From the sequence record NC_070952.1: DNA of 64,000 nucleotides. One strand, given 5' to 3'. Numbering within the stretch: position 1 is the stretch's first letter; each line of letters opens with the position of its first letter. A program made the position numbers and the translations under genes. This document shows, piece after piece, positions 49,101 to 57,573 of the stretch. The notes below the pieces were generated by a model. It ran no database searches and had not been told where the DNA came from. It saw nothing but the letters and a program-made list of their open reading frames with translations.

Positions 49101-50369
49101 CTTCATTTCATCCATAGGCTGGTAGTTCTGAGCCATATAGTTCAACATCCCAGTACCTGATGTCGATGCGTATGAAATGACGTGACCCACATCAGTGAGC
49201 TTGTCGATTTGTTCCTTTATATACCCGGCTTGTTCTGGGTAGGTTTTTGACAACTTGTCAATGGCCTTTTTACCCGGACCCCGTGTAAAGAACGCAGGCA
49301 ATTGATCCACCGCAACCCCAGCGATCATATTACCCAAGATGTTGCCAACCAAACCGCGGGACAGAGACGTGTCACCGGCCATGTCAATACCATCACTGAT
49401 ATTGTTGGCAAGCGACCCTAATACCCCGTAAGCTTCCTTACGGTTATCCGCACTGAACCTGTCACGGAACATTCCCGTCAGACCACCCATCCTTTTACCG
49501 ACGGTATTAAAGACACGCTGACGCATATAAGCTTTCGATGCGGTAAACGTGCTGGTCTTTTGGTAATCACTCATACCGGTGTATTTTGTGATTTTCTTCA
49601 GTTCGGTTACTTCGGCGTGAATGCCGGCTTCCATGAACTTGTAGAACTTGGCACTGTTCACATAAGAACGGGCAGTTAAGTTCAACTGGGCTTGCTGAAT
49701 ACGCGCATCAACATTACGTTGATAGTTAAGCATATCCCGCATTGCGCCTTCAATGTTCACCAACTGACGATTACCTGCCCCTATAGAAGCCTGTAACGCG
49801 CTGGTAGCAGCGACAGTCATTGAGTTAAGAGAATCACCCAATGAAACGAACATCCCCGACTGAGCGTTCATAGAGGTGTTTAACGCACCCTCTACATCAT
49901 CTTCAGTTGTACTGTCAACACGTGCATCAAAACGATCAGACCGTGTTTCAGACCTTTCCCACATGGAGAAATCTTTGGAACTGAAATTCCCCAATCCCTC
50001 ACTCAGAAAACCTGGGAGTTTATCCCCCATCTTCTTATTTATGTGGGACGCAATGTTTTGCAAGGATTTCGCTGATTCCGCATTTTCTTCTCTGAACTCG
50101 GTAGCGAGCTGACCAAGACGATCATTAATGAATGATGCCTTGTCGAGCGCATTACTGAAGCTACTAGGTAAGATAGTGCGCATGCTTCGAAAACGGGCAG
50201 GGGAACTTCCCACTGTCTCGTCAACGACGCCTGATAAGAATCCCGTTGCGAATGATCTTATAAAACCTTTTCCTTTGAATGGATCCATATCGAAATCCAT
50301 ATCAAAGTCCATATCGCCGCCAAAGGGATCATTATCCCAATCGAGCCCGATATCGTAATCATCGGCCAT
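43155..50369 (-). CDS. Tail tape-measure/virion-associated lysin with GH19 domain (phiKZ gp181/OBP gp276-like)
   Basis: 2404 aa; GH19 motifs ARKETGG, YRGRGLFQLTGKSNY, VRGINGG near the C-terminus; adjacent to vRNAP genes. Confidence 0.9.
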   Translation of the reverse strand: MADDYDIGLDWDNDPFGGDMDFDMDFDMDPFKGKGFIRSFATGFLSGVVDETVGSSPARFRSMRTILPSSFSNALDKASFINDRLGQLATEFREENAESAKSLQNIASHINKKMGDKLPGFLSEGLGNFSSKDFSMWERSETRSDRFDARVDSTTEDDVEGALNTSMNAQSGMFVSLGDSLNSMTVAATSALQASIGAGNRQLVNIEGAMRDMLNYQRNVDARIQQAQLNLTARSYVNSAKFYKFMEAGIHAEVTELKKITKYTGMSDYQKTSTFTASKAYMRQRVFNTVGKRMGGLTGMFRDRFSADNRKEAYGVLGSLANNISDGIDMAGDTSLSRGLVGNILGNMIAGVAVDQLPAFFTRGPGKKAIDKLSKTYPEQAGYIKEQIDKLTDVGHVISYASTSGTGMLNYMAQNYQPMDEMKYADYEHYLSELPPGKKPLPKAAWTALNAASNRGKEAINKLMGDANKTRGTQYTLKKRDVKDLNQPGIWKELNNITLNEVLPGLISKTNLILEKMRTGKDNVESESYNYMRGEFQTDSQRRVSVQADLMPHGEFQRYAQASLSLVDSIDPDKFLSPSTRKAFAQQVAKDIDAEMGFNPYYYLGDIKGMSPSAQKEVHAALMRHFGITTQDVSTFNSSDSFQRMKQMSKMPTKEGRERLNNASASAENLKSNFPNVAERIDLLRATGNEQMLRDIGVIYTENGIDKINNQAFHDRIGQYMDNPNDPALRGVLPKGGKKNPTVGGLRTSGNSSPTVNPMDGLNETLQQLNERLGTLNQPQPEATPGQNASMVNFDTMTGALTEIKDSNAGIFSTSKNIESLMGSLLELAKAGKLTTGTAGTPSEERQEEQAKKSFLDKIKSKLPTGMMGRGMDFIMSRNPMVLGGILGAVGAAATSKNFLLSGALAAGGLALGAAVDHYQRRNRTGSGNTSTAAPNDDEDILDEKGEPLLKSAKLKAGEYLDAATRRVIKTWNDIRGPIFDTATRAVIGARELAGKIFGADGRAVALNGLRRVRDGIVGAYNLADPLGRIRSIIDTGKDLVYQQDIYIKGQKEPALRAAKFKAGEYYSRDESGNFKPITGWNEINGPVYDDQGNQLVSEEEYKSGLVTASGMAVRNMGAGVAGVVGGAAGLAKAGLNSLLGRFGYSSQATAPGSAAGGVGGSKGSGNSGVEHRLDLIYRMMSQHFGIPMETDNLTEAIRSKMTGGSDGAGLRLNSLEWKKKEAASEEKHKVNEAIIEIAKNTKGMGGEEEKGESKGFFGKIKDMFLALGGFGVKLFKNPIGTIGSLVFGSLLKSTGRLAKIGTALFSGVMGISSPIFKLMKWGFTKLAGGLLGGGRRGAGGGIGPEPEQRGQGARRRNRAGNRGAGRRRGGKLGRFAKGSAYAALGGMAVDEIFNNDPADYETGTEDLDIGDADPVTGRHQTATDKVVNTVTDWLPQGSLAKSALQGVLGPDGYEKLDNIGLFWTSDGTFYTDRRKADAAQSALDGKPVINNAPGVEKAANKITTQRKIRLAMYGVHDTSSNLARRIMALENQLYQYVVIKDNKASLKPNTPTGKLVDDFANSGISKFNDKSAIGTWFMARFKPVFMIYNVAVATERMGDIVEFDNSKSYDAVKVVEQAQRGIASYNPPPYSIDVRIDDKEATMGPEQTRDAVAKLFDQLKKEMPAPPEKTPESMTADASAQAKQDNSQSGDTTSMPEIAITPGMDQKAAGASAQAVDDITSPADVTKIDISDMYGKDGNLDAFTLARLAVYGNDKSVPWRVEAVLRLERYTESFIMVTGKDARFTGKSNQLLELFKASFHVVDRNIISKNNWMIWFRDRFLPTLMEYCKQTVQLRGGIPGKTWRSLSDTNKAIIARKLLGLIVTVNDTQQPIWSVNASPFPDSDSGTYPDRADKYMKILDSKAKEAAIKDPELEKAKSEATSTSTPTATNGVGSDAQTKSIMDAVYGKGATGFASGGGPLRSSGGSSAAGGYYPNATMSAPGGPAGSAGQFMGNANQSFNPEFIKKAGSDKGIKMSLEQGDQLMLNHLVKAGFRDNKTLALALAMARKETGGYQSTVENTNWSAPTLLKYFKNIPDAATAQKVAAMSPVERAMYVYGRAPKGPALGNTKPEDGWDYRGRGLFQLTGKSNYEAFKKASGIDVVSHPELVSEDPNVMAESAVWFLKNSAAMKSIAKTGDFDTAVRGINGGNAVPATDERRAFYNDYLNKLRSGSLNIPGGDNADDASAQAGDQNAMNNQSPDVPEAADKNVPADKMGTGTETKVVKPGATGALLDQAEKSSAPSNAGTPPPTANASPMSSPVTSSGPASTNDNAPVTSSTSTDNPSGSPTAGASAPARTSTPTKTAAPASLAPTAPAPVPAINMPDQMNVADSVGAQINAQQLTVLKEIRDSLKRNGASQPIVKV

Positions 50370-50396
50370 ACTTTACCCCTTTAGGATAACTCAGAA

Positions 50397-52028
50397 ATGA
50401 GCAGAAAACCTACTAACTTTACTTTATTAGATCCCAATAAAGTGCCCTGGGCTTTAATGAAGCCAGTTACGGTAGCGGATGCCTTTGAAGGGCAAACGAA
50501 CAACCTTAATGATCAAGGACTTTACTCCACAGAAATATTTGGTCGAGTGGGAACAGCGGAACGCGACACAACGATTTCTTATATTGATGTTACGCTCCCT
50601 ATCTTTAACCCAACCTATTTCAAAGCACTGATTCAATTGAAGAGTCTGTACGGTGAAATCATTAAAGGTCGCGCATACGCTACCTGGGATCCAGTTGAGA
50701 AGGATTTCATAAAATCCAATCTCATCGAGGGCGAGACAGGTTATGCTTTCTTTATGTCTCATTTCCATGAACTCGATCCAAAGCAGAACGAATCATTTAA
50801 ACGTAAGCAGAAGATCGACCTTGTTGATAAATTTAAATCACAAGCGCTATCTAGCAACGTCATTGTTATTCCGGCCGGTATCCGTGATATTGAATTCACC
50901 CCGAACGGAACAGGAAGTGTGGTCACGGAGAACGAGGTCAATGACCTTTACCGTAAACTGATCTTCCGCAGTAAGTCTTTGAACATCAAAAACATCGACA
51001 CCACCGACCCGGTGTATGATGGGATCCGTTGGGGACTCCAGGAAAGCTTTAACAACATCGCTGACTTCTTCTTTAATATGCAAGAAGGTAAGCGTGGCTT
51101 TATGCAACGCCGTATGTCACGCCGTGCCATCTTTGGTGCAACGCGTAACGTTATTACCTCGCGTAAAGTGTCGGTTGAAGATTGTGATAATAATGTCACC
51201 GGGGATCCTAACTCAACCATTATCGGACTGTTCCAGGCTTTGCTCGGGTTTAACCTGGTGGCGATCCATCAGTTAACCAACGGGTTCTTGAACGAAGTCT
51301 TTACATCGGGAATGGGAACCGCTCGCCTGGTTGATCCTAAAACGTTGAATGCAGTTTATGTGGAAGTGGGTCCTTCGGTTGTTGACAAGTTCACATCCAG
51401 TGACGGACTGACCTCGATGTTCAACGGCTATGGCTCACCAAACCTGCGTAACCGCGATATTAAAATCTCTGGACATTACTTAGGGTTAGTTTACGATGAC
51501 GGCAAAGACGTAATGCTCTTGCACGATATCGATGACTTACCTGAAGGTCTGGACAGGAAACTGGTTCGTCCGGTAACGTACACGCAATTCTTCTATATGC
51601 AATGTGTTCCTGAAATTGAGAAGAAGATGTTGCAAGTTACCCGATACCCAATTACTGGGATAGGTTCTATATATCCAAGTCGTGTTTTTGTCATGCCAAC
51701 GAACTCCACATCAAGTTCCCGTAACTTGTTGGATCTGGACGGGCAGACAGTCATTACCAAATTTAACTACTTCCCTACTTATACGAAGAACCCCAGTTAT
51801 TTCGATGGGATGTCAATTGCCAACATCCGTATTGGACTGGCAGGTGCTGACTTCGATGGTGACGCCTTATCAGCAAACTCCATCATGGCAGAAGACTCCA
51901 TTCGTGAAGTTGAGGAGTTGTTTGGTAAACGTGACTTCTATATTTCAGGTTCCGGGGATTTCTTATACGACCCGGTACAAGAACCGCATGAATTCCTTTT
52001 ACGTTCATTAACTAACGGGCTAGCCTAA
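50397..52028 (+). CDS. Virion RNA polymerase beta' subunit, catalytic N-terminal part (phiKZ gp180-like)
   Basis: GLYSTEIFG, GKRGFMQRRM, catalytic ADFDGD. Confidence 0.95.
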   Translation: MSRKPTNFTLLDPNKVPWALMKPVTVADAFEGQTNNLNDQGLYSTEIFGRVGTAERDTTISYIDVTLPIFNPTYFKALIQLKSLYGEIIKGRAYATWDPVEKDFIKSNLIEGETGYAFFMSHFHELDPKQNESFKRKQKIDLVDKFKSQALSSNVIVIPAGIRDIEFTPNGTGSVVTENEVNDLYRKLIFRSKSLNIKNIDTTDPVYDGIRWGLQESFNNIADFFFNMQEGKRGFMQRRMSRRAIFGATRNVITSRKVSVEDCDNNVTGDPNSTIIGLFQALLGFNLVAIHQLTNGFLNEVFTSGMGTARLVDPKTLNAVYVEVGPSVVDKFTSSDGLTSMFNGYGSPNLRNRDIKISGHYLGLVYDDGKDVMLLHDIDDLPEGLDRKLVRPVTYTQFFYMQCVPEIEKKMLQVTRYPITGIGSIYPSRVFVMPTNSTSSSRNLLDLDGQTVITKFNYFPTYTKNPSYFDGMSIANIRIGLAGADFDGDALSANSIMAEDSIREVEELFGKRDFYISGSGDFLYDPVQEPHEFLLRSLTNGLA

Positions 52029-55000
52029 TGTCGAAATTCATTCCCTTAAACTTGTTTGCGGTTGATGGGAATGAGGCGTTACAGTACAGCATGTTTGTTC
52101 GTCTCTTCGGTACACGCGAAAAGATTAACGATATCACCAATCCCCGGTATACACCTATCGGGGACATCATGCTCCCACGTAATTCCCTCATTCATTACCA
52201 GCAACACCATCCAGGTGAAGTAGGGCCAAGTAACACCGCGCCTTTTATTAGTAACTATGATAAACGCATTAACATCTTCTTCAACCCGAACTATGAAGTT
52301 GTATTAGGTTCTATTCGCAATGTTCAGGTTCAGTTGAGTTCGATCATTAAAGCGTATGAAAGTTCGCACTTCATTTATCAGCGTACCCGTAACTACCCAA
52401 GCGTTATTGGGAAAGAAGGGGAGCTGTTGGTGAATGACTTGGCGATTGGGCAGATTACTATTGACTACCGTCGTCGTACAGTCTTCACTCCGTTCCAACA
52501 GTCGTACAACACACGCTATACCTTAATGGACTCCGTCAATGAGTTCAGCAAGTTTGACAAGCACCAGTTTGTTGAAGTAGCGTTACCCCGTACCTTCCCG
52601 ACATATAAAGAACTGCAGTTTGCTTTTGATCTGTATAAGAATTTCTTTAATGCGGATGGACAGATTGTCAAGTACGACAAACGTGCTTTACGGCACTTCC
52701 AGGCCGAACAATCTTTCTGGTTGCTTGACCTGTTCGGGATCTTAATGGGTTTCGGAGATAAACAATACTCCTTGTTTAACCGTTTGAACGATGACTCTAA
52801 ACGTCAGTTAGAAATCATCTTCACTTATAACGGCACTTGTTGGATTGTCAATCTTCAGAACTTGATCAACTTAATGGCTTATTCAGATAAACCGACTGAT
52901 GATAAACCAAGTTCACTTAAGATTAATTATTTTAAACGTTTTTATCTTAACCTTATTAGCCTTGTTTCTCCTGTTAATGAGACAGCTATCACTCCTGAGG
53001 AAGAAACGGAAGCTTCTGCGGAGGGGGATGAAAATAATAGCGGATCGCCACTATCCGGAACCAAAACAAATGAACAAACGACCGAAAGGATTCCTAGCGT
53101 CAATCCCACTATGGATGATAATCGTGGGCCTAGTTCTCTCGCTGATCTTTACGCCAGCCCTAAGAGAACTGCTGATGTACCAGTTCACCCCACCGGAGAT
53201 ACGCGAGAAACGCCTGATCCTAAGGCATATCTCACAACTCCAGATGGACTCGAGGAGGAAGAAGGAGATCTTTCTGGGGAAAACTCCTGGGGACAGGATA
53301 TTTCAGACGACTTATTTGAACGCGTAACGGTTGAGTCATCAACTATCACGCCAGCGTCTGCTGCAACACCAACCTCGGCTATTGAACGTGAATTACGGGA
53401 GCTGTCGAAGACTGGGCAGATTACCACACGTGAAGCTGAGTACTTCATCAATGCGGCCAACAGTTATCGTGATATTGATATCAACGGTCACTCGCTTGAA
53501 GAGATCGTAGACATCAAACCTGAGAACATGGTCTTGAAGAATAAGGATCTGTCACCGGACAGTATTGTTATTCGGGATAAGTCTGTGTTGCGTTCTCGTA
53601 CGGAAGAACTGCGTACGGAGTACATTACCTCAGGGCTGTTGGACCGTAACATCATGGAAATGGTGCTGCACGTTCAAAACGGTAAAGTTGCGTTGACTGG
53701 CTTGGATCGCGAAACGATTATTACGGCTGACTCTAAGTATGATGTTTATACCATGAAGTTCCAGCCGATTAAAGGTAGTCCATCTACCCGTCGTATGCGT
53801 ATCCCTAAAGTCGAACCCGATGGTACCTTCACCATTAACGGCGTGAAGTCCTATGCCCAGTTAATGCGTATGGAATTACCGATTCGCAAGATCACCCCAA
53901 CCAAAGTGTCATTGACTTCGTACTACGACAAGAAAGTCATGGTCGAGCGATCTACCATGAAGGTGGATGATTATGCGTCTTGGTTGCGTAAATCAATCAT
54001 CGAGAAGTCTTACACCGATAAATCTATTCGGGTAAGTCTGGGTGGTAACAAACCACCTAAGAGCGATGTCTGTTATTATTACAGCATCCTGGCTTCTCGT
54101 TTTAAAGAAATCAGTACGCCGGACTATACCTTTGACTTTGACACCATTAAGTTGGTTAACGGTAAAAAGGAATTGGCTAAACTGTGTAACGGTGAAAGTT
54201 GGTTGATTGGGTTCCAAGGTGATTCACCTATCCTGATTGATTCAAACGGACTGGTGTCGATTGACGGAAGTGAGCGGGGATACATTGAGGAGATCTTAGG
54301 CCTGAATGTTGCTAAAGCACCTGTTCCTACTGCGACCGTTAACATCAACGGGTTTAAGTTCCCGGTGATCGTTGTGTTGTCATATTGGATTGGCTTGTCA
54401 GAAGTCATGAAAATGTTGAAGGTACAATACCGCACGCTTGATCCCGATACCCGTGCACAGTTAAGTGCCGATGAGTACCTGGTTTCTTTTGCTGATGAAC
54501 GTCTGGTATTAAACCGCCGTGATGAACTGTCTACTTTGGTCATGTCAGGACTTCGTAAGCTAACTGGCTTGTCGAATTTCTCTCGTTCTGATTTGGACAA
54601 TCCAAACGTCTGGTTCAGTCTGATGCAAGACCCGCGGGTGAAACCATCTCACTTTAAAGAGATGAGTATGATCTTTGACATGTTCATTGATCCAATCACC
54701 ATGCGTTTGCTGAAGAAGTTTAAGTACCCTGTTGTCATGGACAAGTTATTGGTGGAAGCTGTCAAGCTGATGCTTAATAATGAAGCGGAACATGAAATCG
54801 AACTTACCGAACAGCGCTTTGTTGGTTATGAACGTTTCTCCGGTCACGTCTATCGTGAACTGGTTAAAGCAACGCGTCAGTACCGCAACAAACCGAACAA
54901 CGGTAAAAAGACCTTTGACTTGAACCCTGAAGCTGTGATGATGAACATTATTACAGACTCCTCGTGTCAGGCTACCGAAGAAGTTAACCCTGTGCATCAA

Positions 55001-56392
55001 GCGAAGACCCAAGAGGAATACACTTTTGGTGGCACGCTGGGACGCTCTGACCGTGCGATGGTTCGCCGTACACGTGGCCAGCTTCCTAACTACGCAGGGG
55101 TGGTTTCTGAGGCAGGTAAAGACTCCGGTAAAGTTGGCTTCATTGGTTATCTGACCTCTGATGCAAAAATTACTGATCTTTATGGTAACATCAACGTCAA
55201 AGAAAAAGGCACCAACGCAGGGCGCGGTTCTGTGGTCATGAACTTGCTGTACGGAACAACGAAGGACGATACCAAGCGTACCCTGTTCTCCGGTGTTCAG
55301 CAGTCTCAGGTAATGGCTGCAGACAACTATGCAATGAACCCATTGCGTACGTCTTACGACTCCATGCTTGCTTACCGTACCTCTGAACTCTATTCCTCTG
55401 TTTCCAAGAAAGCCGGTAAAGTAACTGAAATCAGTGGCTACGGCATGACTGTGGAATATGAAGACGGATCTACCGACAAGTTCCCATTGGGCTACGAAAT
55501 CGGGAAAGGAGCAGGTGAGTATCATAAACACATGAAGGTCACTGACCGGGCGGTGGGTTATGAGTTTAAAGCCGGTGAAGTCTTAGCATTCGATAAAATG
55601 TTCTTTGCTCGTGATCCTATTGACAACACCCGTGTTGTTTGGATGAGTGGTGGGAATGCTCGTATTGCGTTATTTGAGGACCAGTTCACCTTTGAAGACT
55701 CCATCGGAATCGTAAAAGGATTTGCTGATGCATCAACTTCTCCTTTCGTTAAACCAAATGAGTTTACCGTAGACGGAAGTCAATCAATCAAACTGCACGT
55801 GAAAGTCGGTGACGAGGTTGAGTATGACCAGATCCTGTGCGACATTCAGAACCCTGAATCCGCAGCATTTGATTTTGATGATGTAGAAGAGTTTGCGGGC
55901 TTGGACCGTTTAGGTATCAAACAGATAAAGGCAAAACAGTCTGGCAAGATTACCAAGATCGATGTGGTCTACAACGGTGATCCAGAAGGTTGGGATGAAA
56001 GTCTCCGTTCCTTTATTAAGAAGCAAGATGCTGTGCGTGGGAAAATTGCTTCCTATAAACAGATGACGGCTTCTACCGGTGACGTGGGTGGTAACACCTC
56101 TGTTGGTAAAAGTAAACTGTATCCTGACACTGCTGTTGTCCTTATCTATATTGACAACAAGATCAAAACCACTACTGCGGATAAGTTTGTAGTAGGGAAC
56201 CAGATGAAAGGTACCGTTGGCTTTATCTACGAAAATCCAATTTACACTGTGGATGGTCGTCCGGTTGATATTATCTTCTCCTTGAAGTCATTGCTGAACC
56301 GAATGGTTCTGAGTCTGCGTGACAAGTTGGTTGCTAATGAAATCAACAACGTCTACACCACTCGAATGATTTCCAAATACGGCAGGTACTAA
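52028..56392 (+). CDS. Virion RNA polymerase beta subunit, N-terminal part (phiKZ gp178-like)
   Basis: 1454 aa; FEDSI, ADKFVVGNQMKGTVG, VDIIFSLKSLLNRM RpoB-like motifs. Confidence 0.93.
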   Translation: MSKFIPLNLFAVDGNEALQYSMFVRLFGTREKINDITNPRYTPIGDIMLPRNSLIHYQQHHPGEVGPSNTAPFISNYDKRINIFFNPNYEVVLGSIRNVQVQLSSIIKAYESSHFIYQRTRNYPSVIGKEGELLVNDLAIGQITIDYRRRTVFTPFQQSYNTRYTLMDSVNEFSKFDKHQFVEVALPRTFPTYKELQFAFDLYKNFFNADGQIVKYDKRALRHFQAEQSFWLLDLFGILMGFGDKQYSLFNRLNDDSKRQLEIIFTYNGTCWIVNLQNLINLMAYSDKPTDDKPSSLKINYFKRFYLNLISLVSPVNETAITPEEETEASAEGDENNSGSPLSGTKTNEQTTERIPSVNPTMDDNRGPSSLADLYASPKRTADVPVHPTGDTRETPDPKAYLTTPDGLEEEEGDLSGENSWGQDISDDLFERVTVESSTITPASAATPTSAIERELRELSKTGQITTREAEYFINAANSYRDIDINGHSLEEIVDIKPENMVLKNKDLSPDSIVIRDKSVLRSRTEELRTEYITSGLLDRNIMEMVLHVQNGKVALTGLDRETIITADSKYDVYTMKFQPIKGSPSTRRMRIPKVEPDGTFTINGVKSYAQLMRMELPIRKITPTKVSLTSYYDKKVMVERSTMKVDDYASWLRKSIIEKSYTDKSIRVSLGGNKPPKSDVCYYYSILASRFKEISTPDYTFDFDTIKLVNGKKELAKLCNGESWLIGFQGDSPILIDSNGLVSIDGSERGYIEEILGLNVAKAPVPTATVNINGFKFPVIVVLSYWIGLSEVMKMLKVQYRTLDPDTRAQLSADEYLVSFADERLVLNRRDELSTLVMSGLRKLTGLSNFSRSDLDNPNVWFSLMQDPRVKPSHFKEMSMIFDMFIDPITMRLLKKFKYPVVMDKLLVEAVKLMLNNEAEHEIELTEQRFVGYERFSGHVYRELVKATRQYRNKPNNGKKTFDLNPEAVMMNIITDSSCQATEEVNPVHQAKTQEEYTFGGTLGRSDRAMVRRTRGQLPNYAGVVSEAGKDSGKVGFIGYLTSDAKITDLYGNINVKEKGTNAGRGSVVMNLLYGTTKDDTKRTLFSGVQQSQVMAADNYAMNPLRTSYDSMLAYRTSELYSSVSKKAGKVTEISGYGMTVEYEDGSTDKFPLGYEIGKGAGEYHKHMKVTDRAVGYEFKAGEVLAFDKMFFARDPIDNTRVVWMSGGNARIALFEDQFTFEDSIGIVKGFADASTSPFVKPNEFTVDGSQSIKLHVKVGDEVEYDQILCDIQNPESAAFDFDDVEEFAGLDRLGIKQIKAKQSGKITKIDVVYNGDPEGWDESLRSFIKKQDAVRGKIASYKQMTASTGDVGGNTSVGKSKLYPDTAVVLIYIDNKIKTTTADKFVVGNQMKGTVGFIYENPIYTVDGRPVDIIFSLKSLLNRMVLSLRDKLVANEINNVYTTRMISKYGRY

Positions 56393-57379
56393 ATGACCAA
56401 CAGCGTTAAGGATGAATCGGTTCTCAAATCGTTACAGACTTCGCTGGCAAAACTATCTCTCTACGGAGGCCGTGTTGACGGCCTCTTTGGAGACCTTTGT
56501 CGCAAAGCTGTGATTACCATGTTAAACAAAGCGTTCCCCTCGGTTAAGACCAGTACGCTTCCCGGAAACACGTATGACGCTAACTCGGTGTACACCTTTC
56601 TTCAAACTGGCCTTGCTCGTGCTGGTTTGTATACCATTACTATTGATGGTAAGTGGGGCCCTACTTCTCAAGGTGCTTTTGACAAGTTATCCCTCGCCTA
56701 CACTCAAGCGATTAAAAAGTCCAATGGAGAGACCATGCTTCCGCTACAACCAGCCACGGTAGTTCCCACTCATGTTAATGAAGCGCAACTCAAACTCATG
56801 CTGTCACAAGACGCTTGGGGTAAGATCGCTTCTCTCCTTGATCCGATGAATAAATGTATGGACATGTTCGACATTACATCTGGATTACGCAAAGCCCATT
56901 TCATGGCACAAATCCTTCACGAAACTGCTTCTTTTAAGTACAGTGAAGAGATTGCCAGCGGTGCGGCTTATGAAGGTCGGGCTGATTTAGGGAACACCCA
57001 GCCGGGTGACGGTAAGCTTTTTAAAGGGCGCGGTTGGTTACAACTTACTGGCCGTCTGAATTATTTGAAATGCGAAACGTTTCTTCGTCAGCATTTGAAT
57101 GATCCTTCTATCGATCTTACTTCGTCTGCTACGGCTGCTGCACAAGTAGCCAACAATCCACTTTACTCCGCTTTGGCATCTGGATACTTCTGGGGTTACA
57201 TTAAACCGAAGCTGAATCCCACTGCAGATAAAGACGATATTTTCTGGGTTTCTGTTTATGTAAACGGTTGGGCTAAACAAGCTAAACCTTATTACCCGAA
57301 TAAAGATCTGGAGCCAAACGGAATGGCAGACAGGGTTGCGAAGCTGGCGATTGCTAAACAAGCATTTGGTCTTATTTAA
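56393..57379 (+). CDS. Modular endolysin: two peptidoglycan-binding repeats plus GH19 catalytic domain (OBPgp279-like)
   Basis: VDGLFG and IDGKWGPTS PGBD motifs; AHFMAQILHET, FKGRGWLQLTGRLNY. Confidence 0.95.
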   Translation: MTNSVKDESVLKSLQTSLAKLSLYGGRVDGLFGDLCRKAVITMLNKAFPSVKTSTLPGNTYDANSVYTFLQTGLARAGLYTITIDGKWGPTSQGAFDKLSLAYTQAIKKSNGETMLPLQPATVVPTHVNEAQLKLMLSQDAWGKIASLLDPMNKCMDMFDITSGLRKAHFMAQILHETASFKYSEEIASGAAYEGRADLGNTQPGDGKLFKGRGWLQLTGRLNYLKCETFLRQHLNDPSIDLTSSATAAAQVANNPLYSALASGYFWGYIKPKLNPTADKDDIFWVSVYVNGWAKQAKPYYPNKDLEPNGMADRVAKLAIAKQAFGLI

Positions 57380-57396
57380 CTTATAAAGGAACAACC

Positions 57397-57573
57397 ATGT
57401 CTAAGCTCGCTGTAGACAACATCATCGTTGTGTCGAACATCTTTGAGTTCGTCAGCAAAACCAAAGAAAAGATTGGTTATGAATACCAGGCTCCGCTTGA
57501 TGCGGATACTCAAAATGAAATAACCTCTCGTGCCATTAAAGAAGTCATTACAGGAGCTGTTCAGAATGATTAA
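57397..57573 (+). CDS. Small protein (58 aa), not in ORF track; probable minor head protein
   Basis: AAAGGA SD; MSKLAVDNIIVVSNIFEFVSKTKEKIGYEYQAPLDADTQNEITSRAIKEVITGAVQND; stop overlaps next start. Confidence 0.7.
   Translation: MSKLAVDNIIVVSNIFEFVSKTKEKIGYEYQAPLDADTQNEITSRAIKEVITGAVQND

Noticed and set aside
50397-56392. Inteins or introns in RNAP genes
   Set aside because: No intein C/S...HN boundaries or homing-endonuclease motifs seen; ORFs are continuous.
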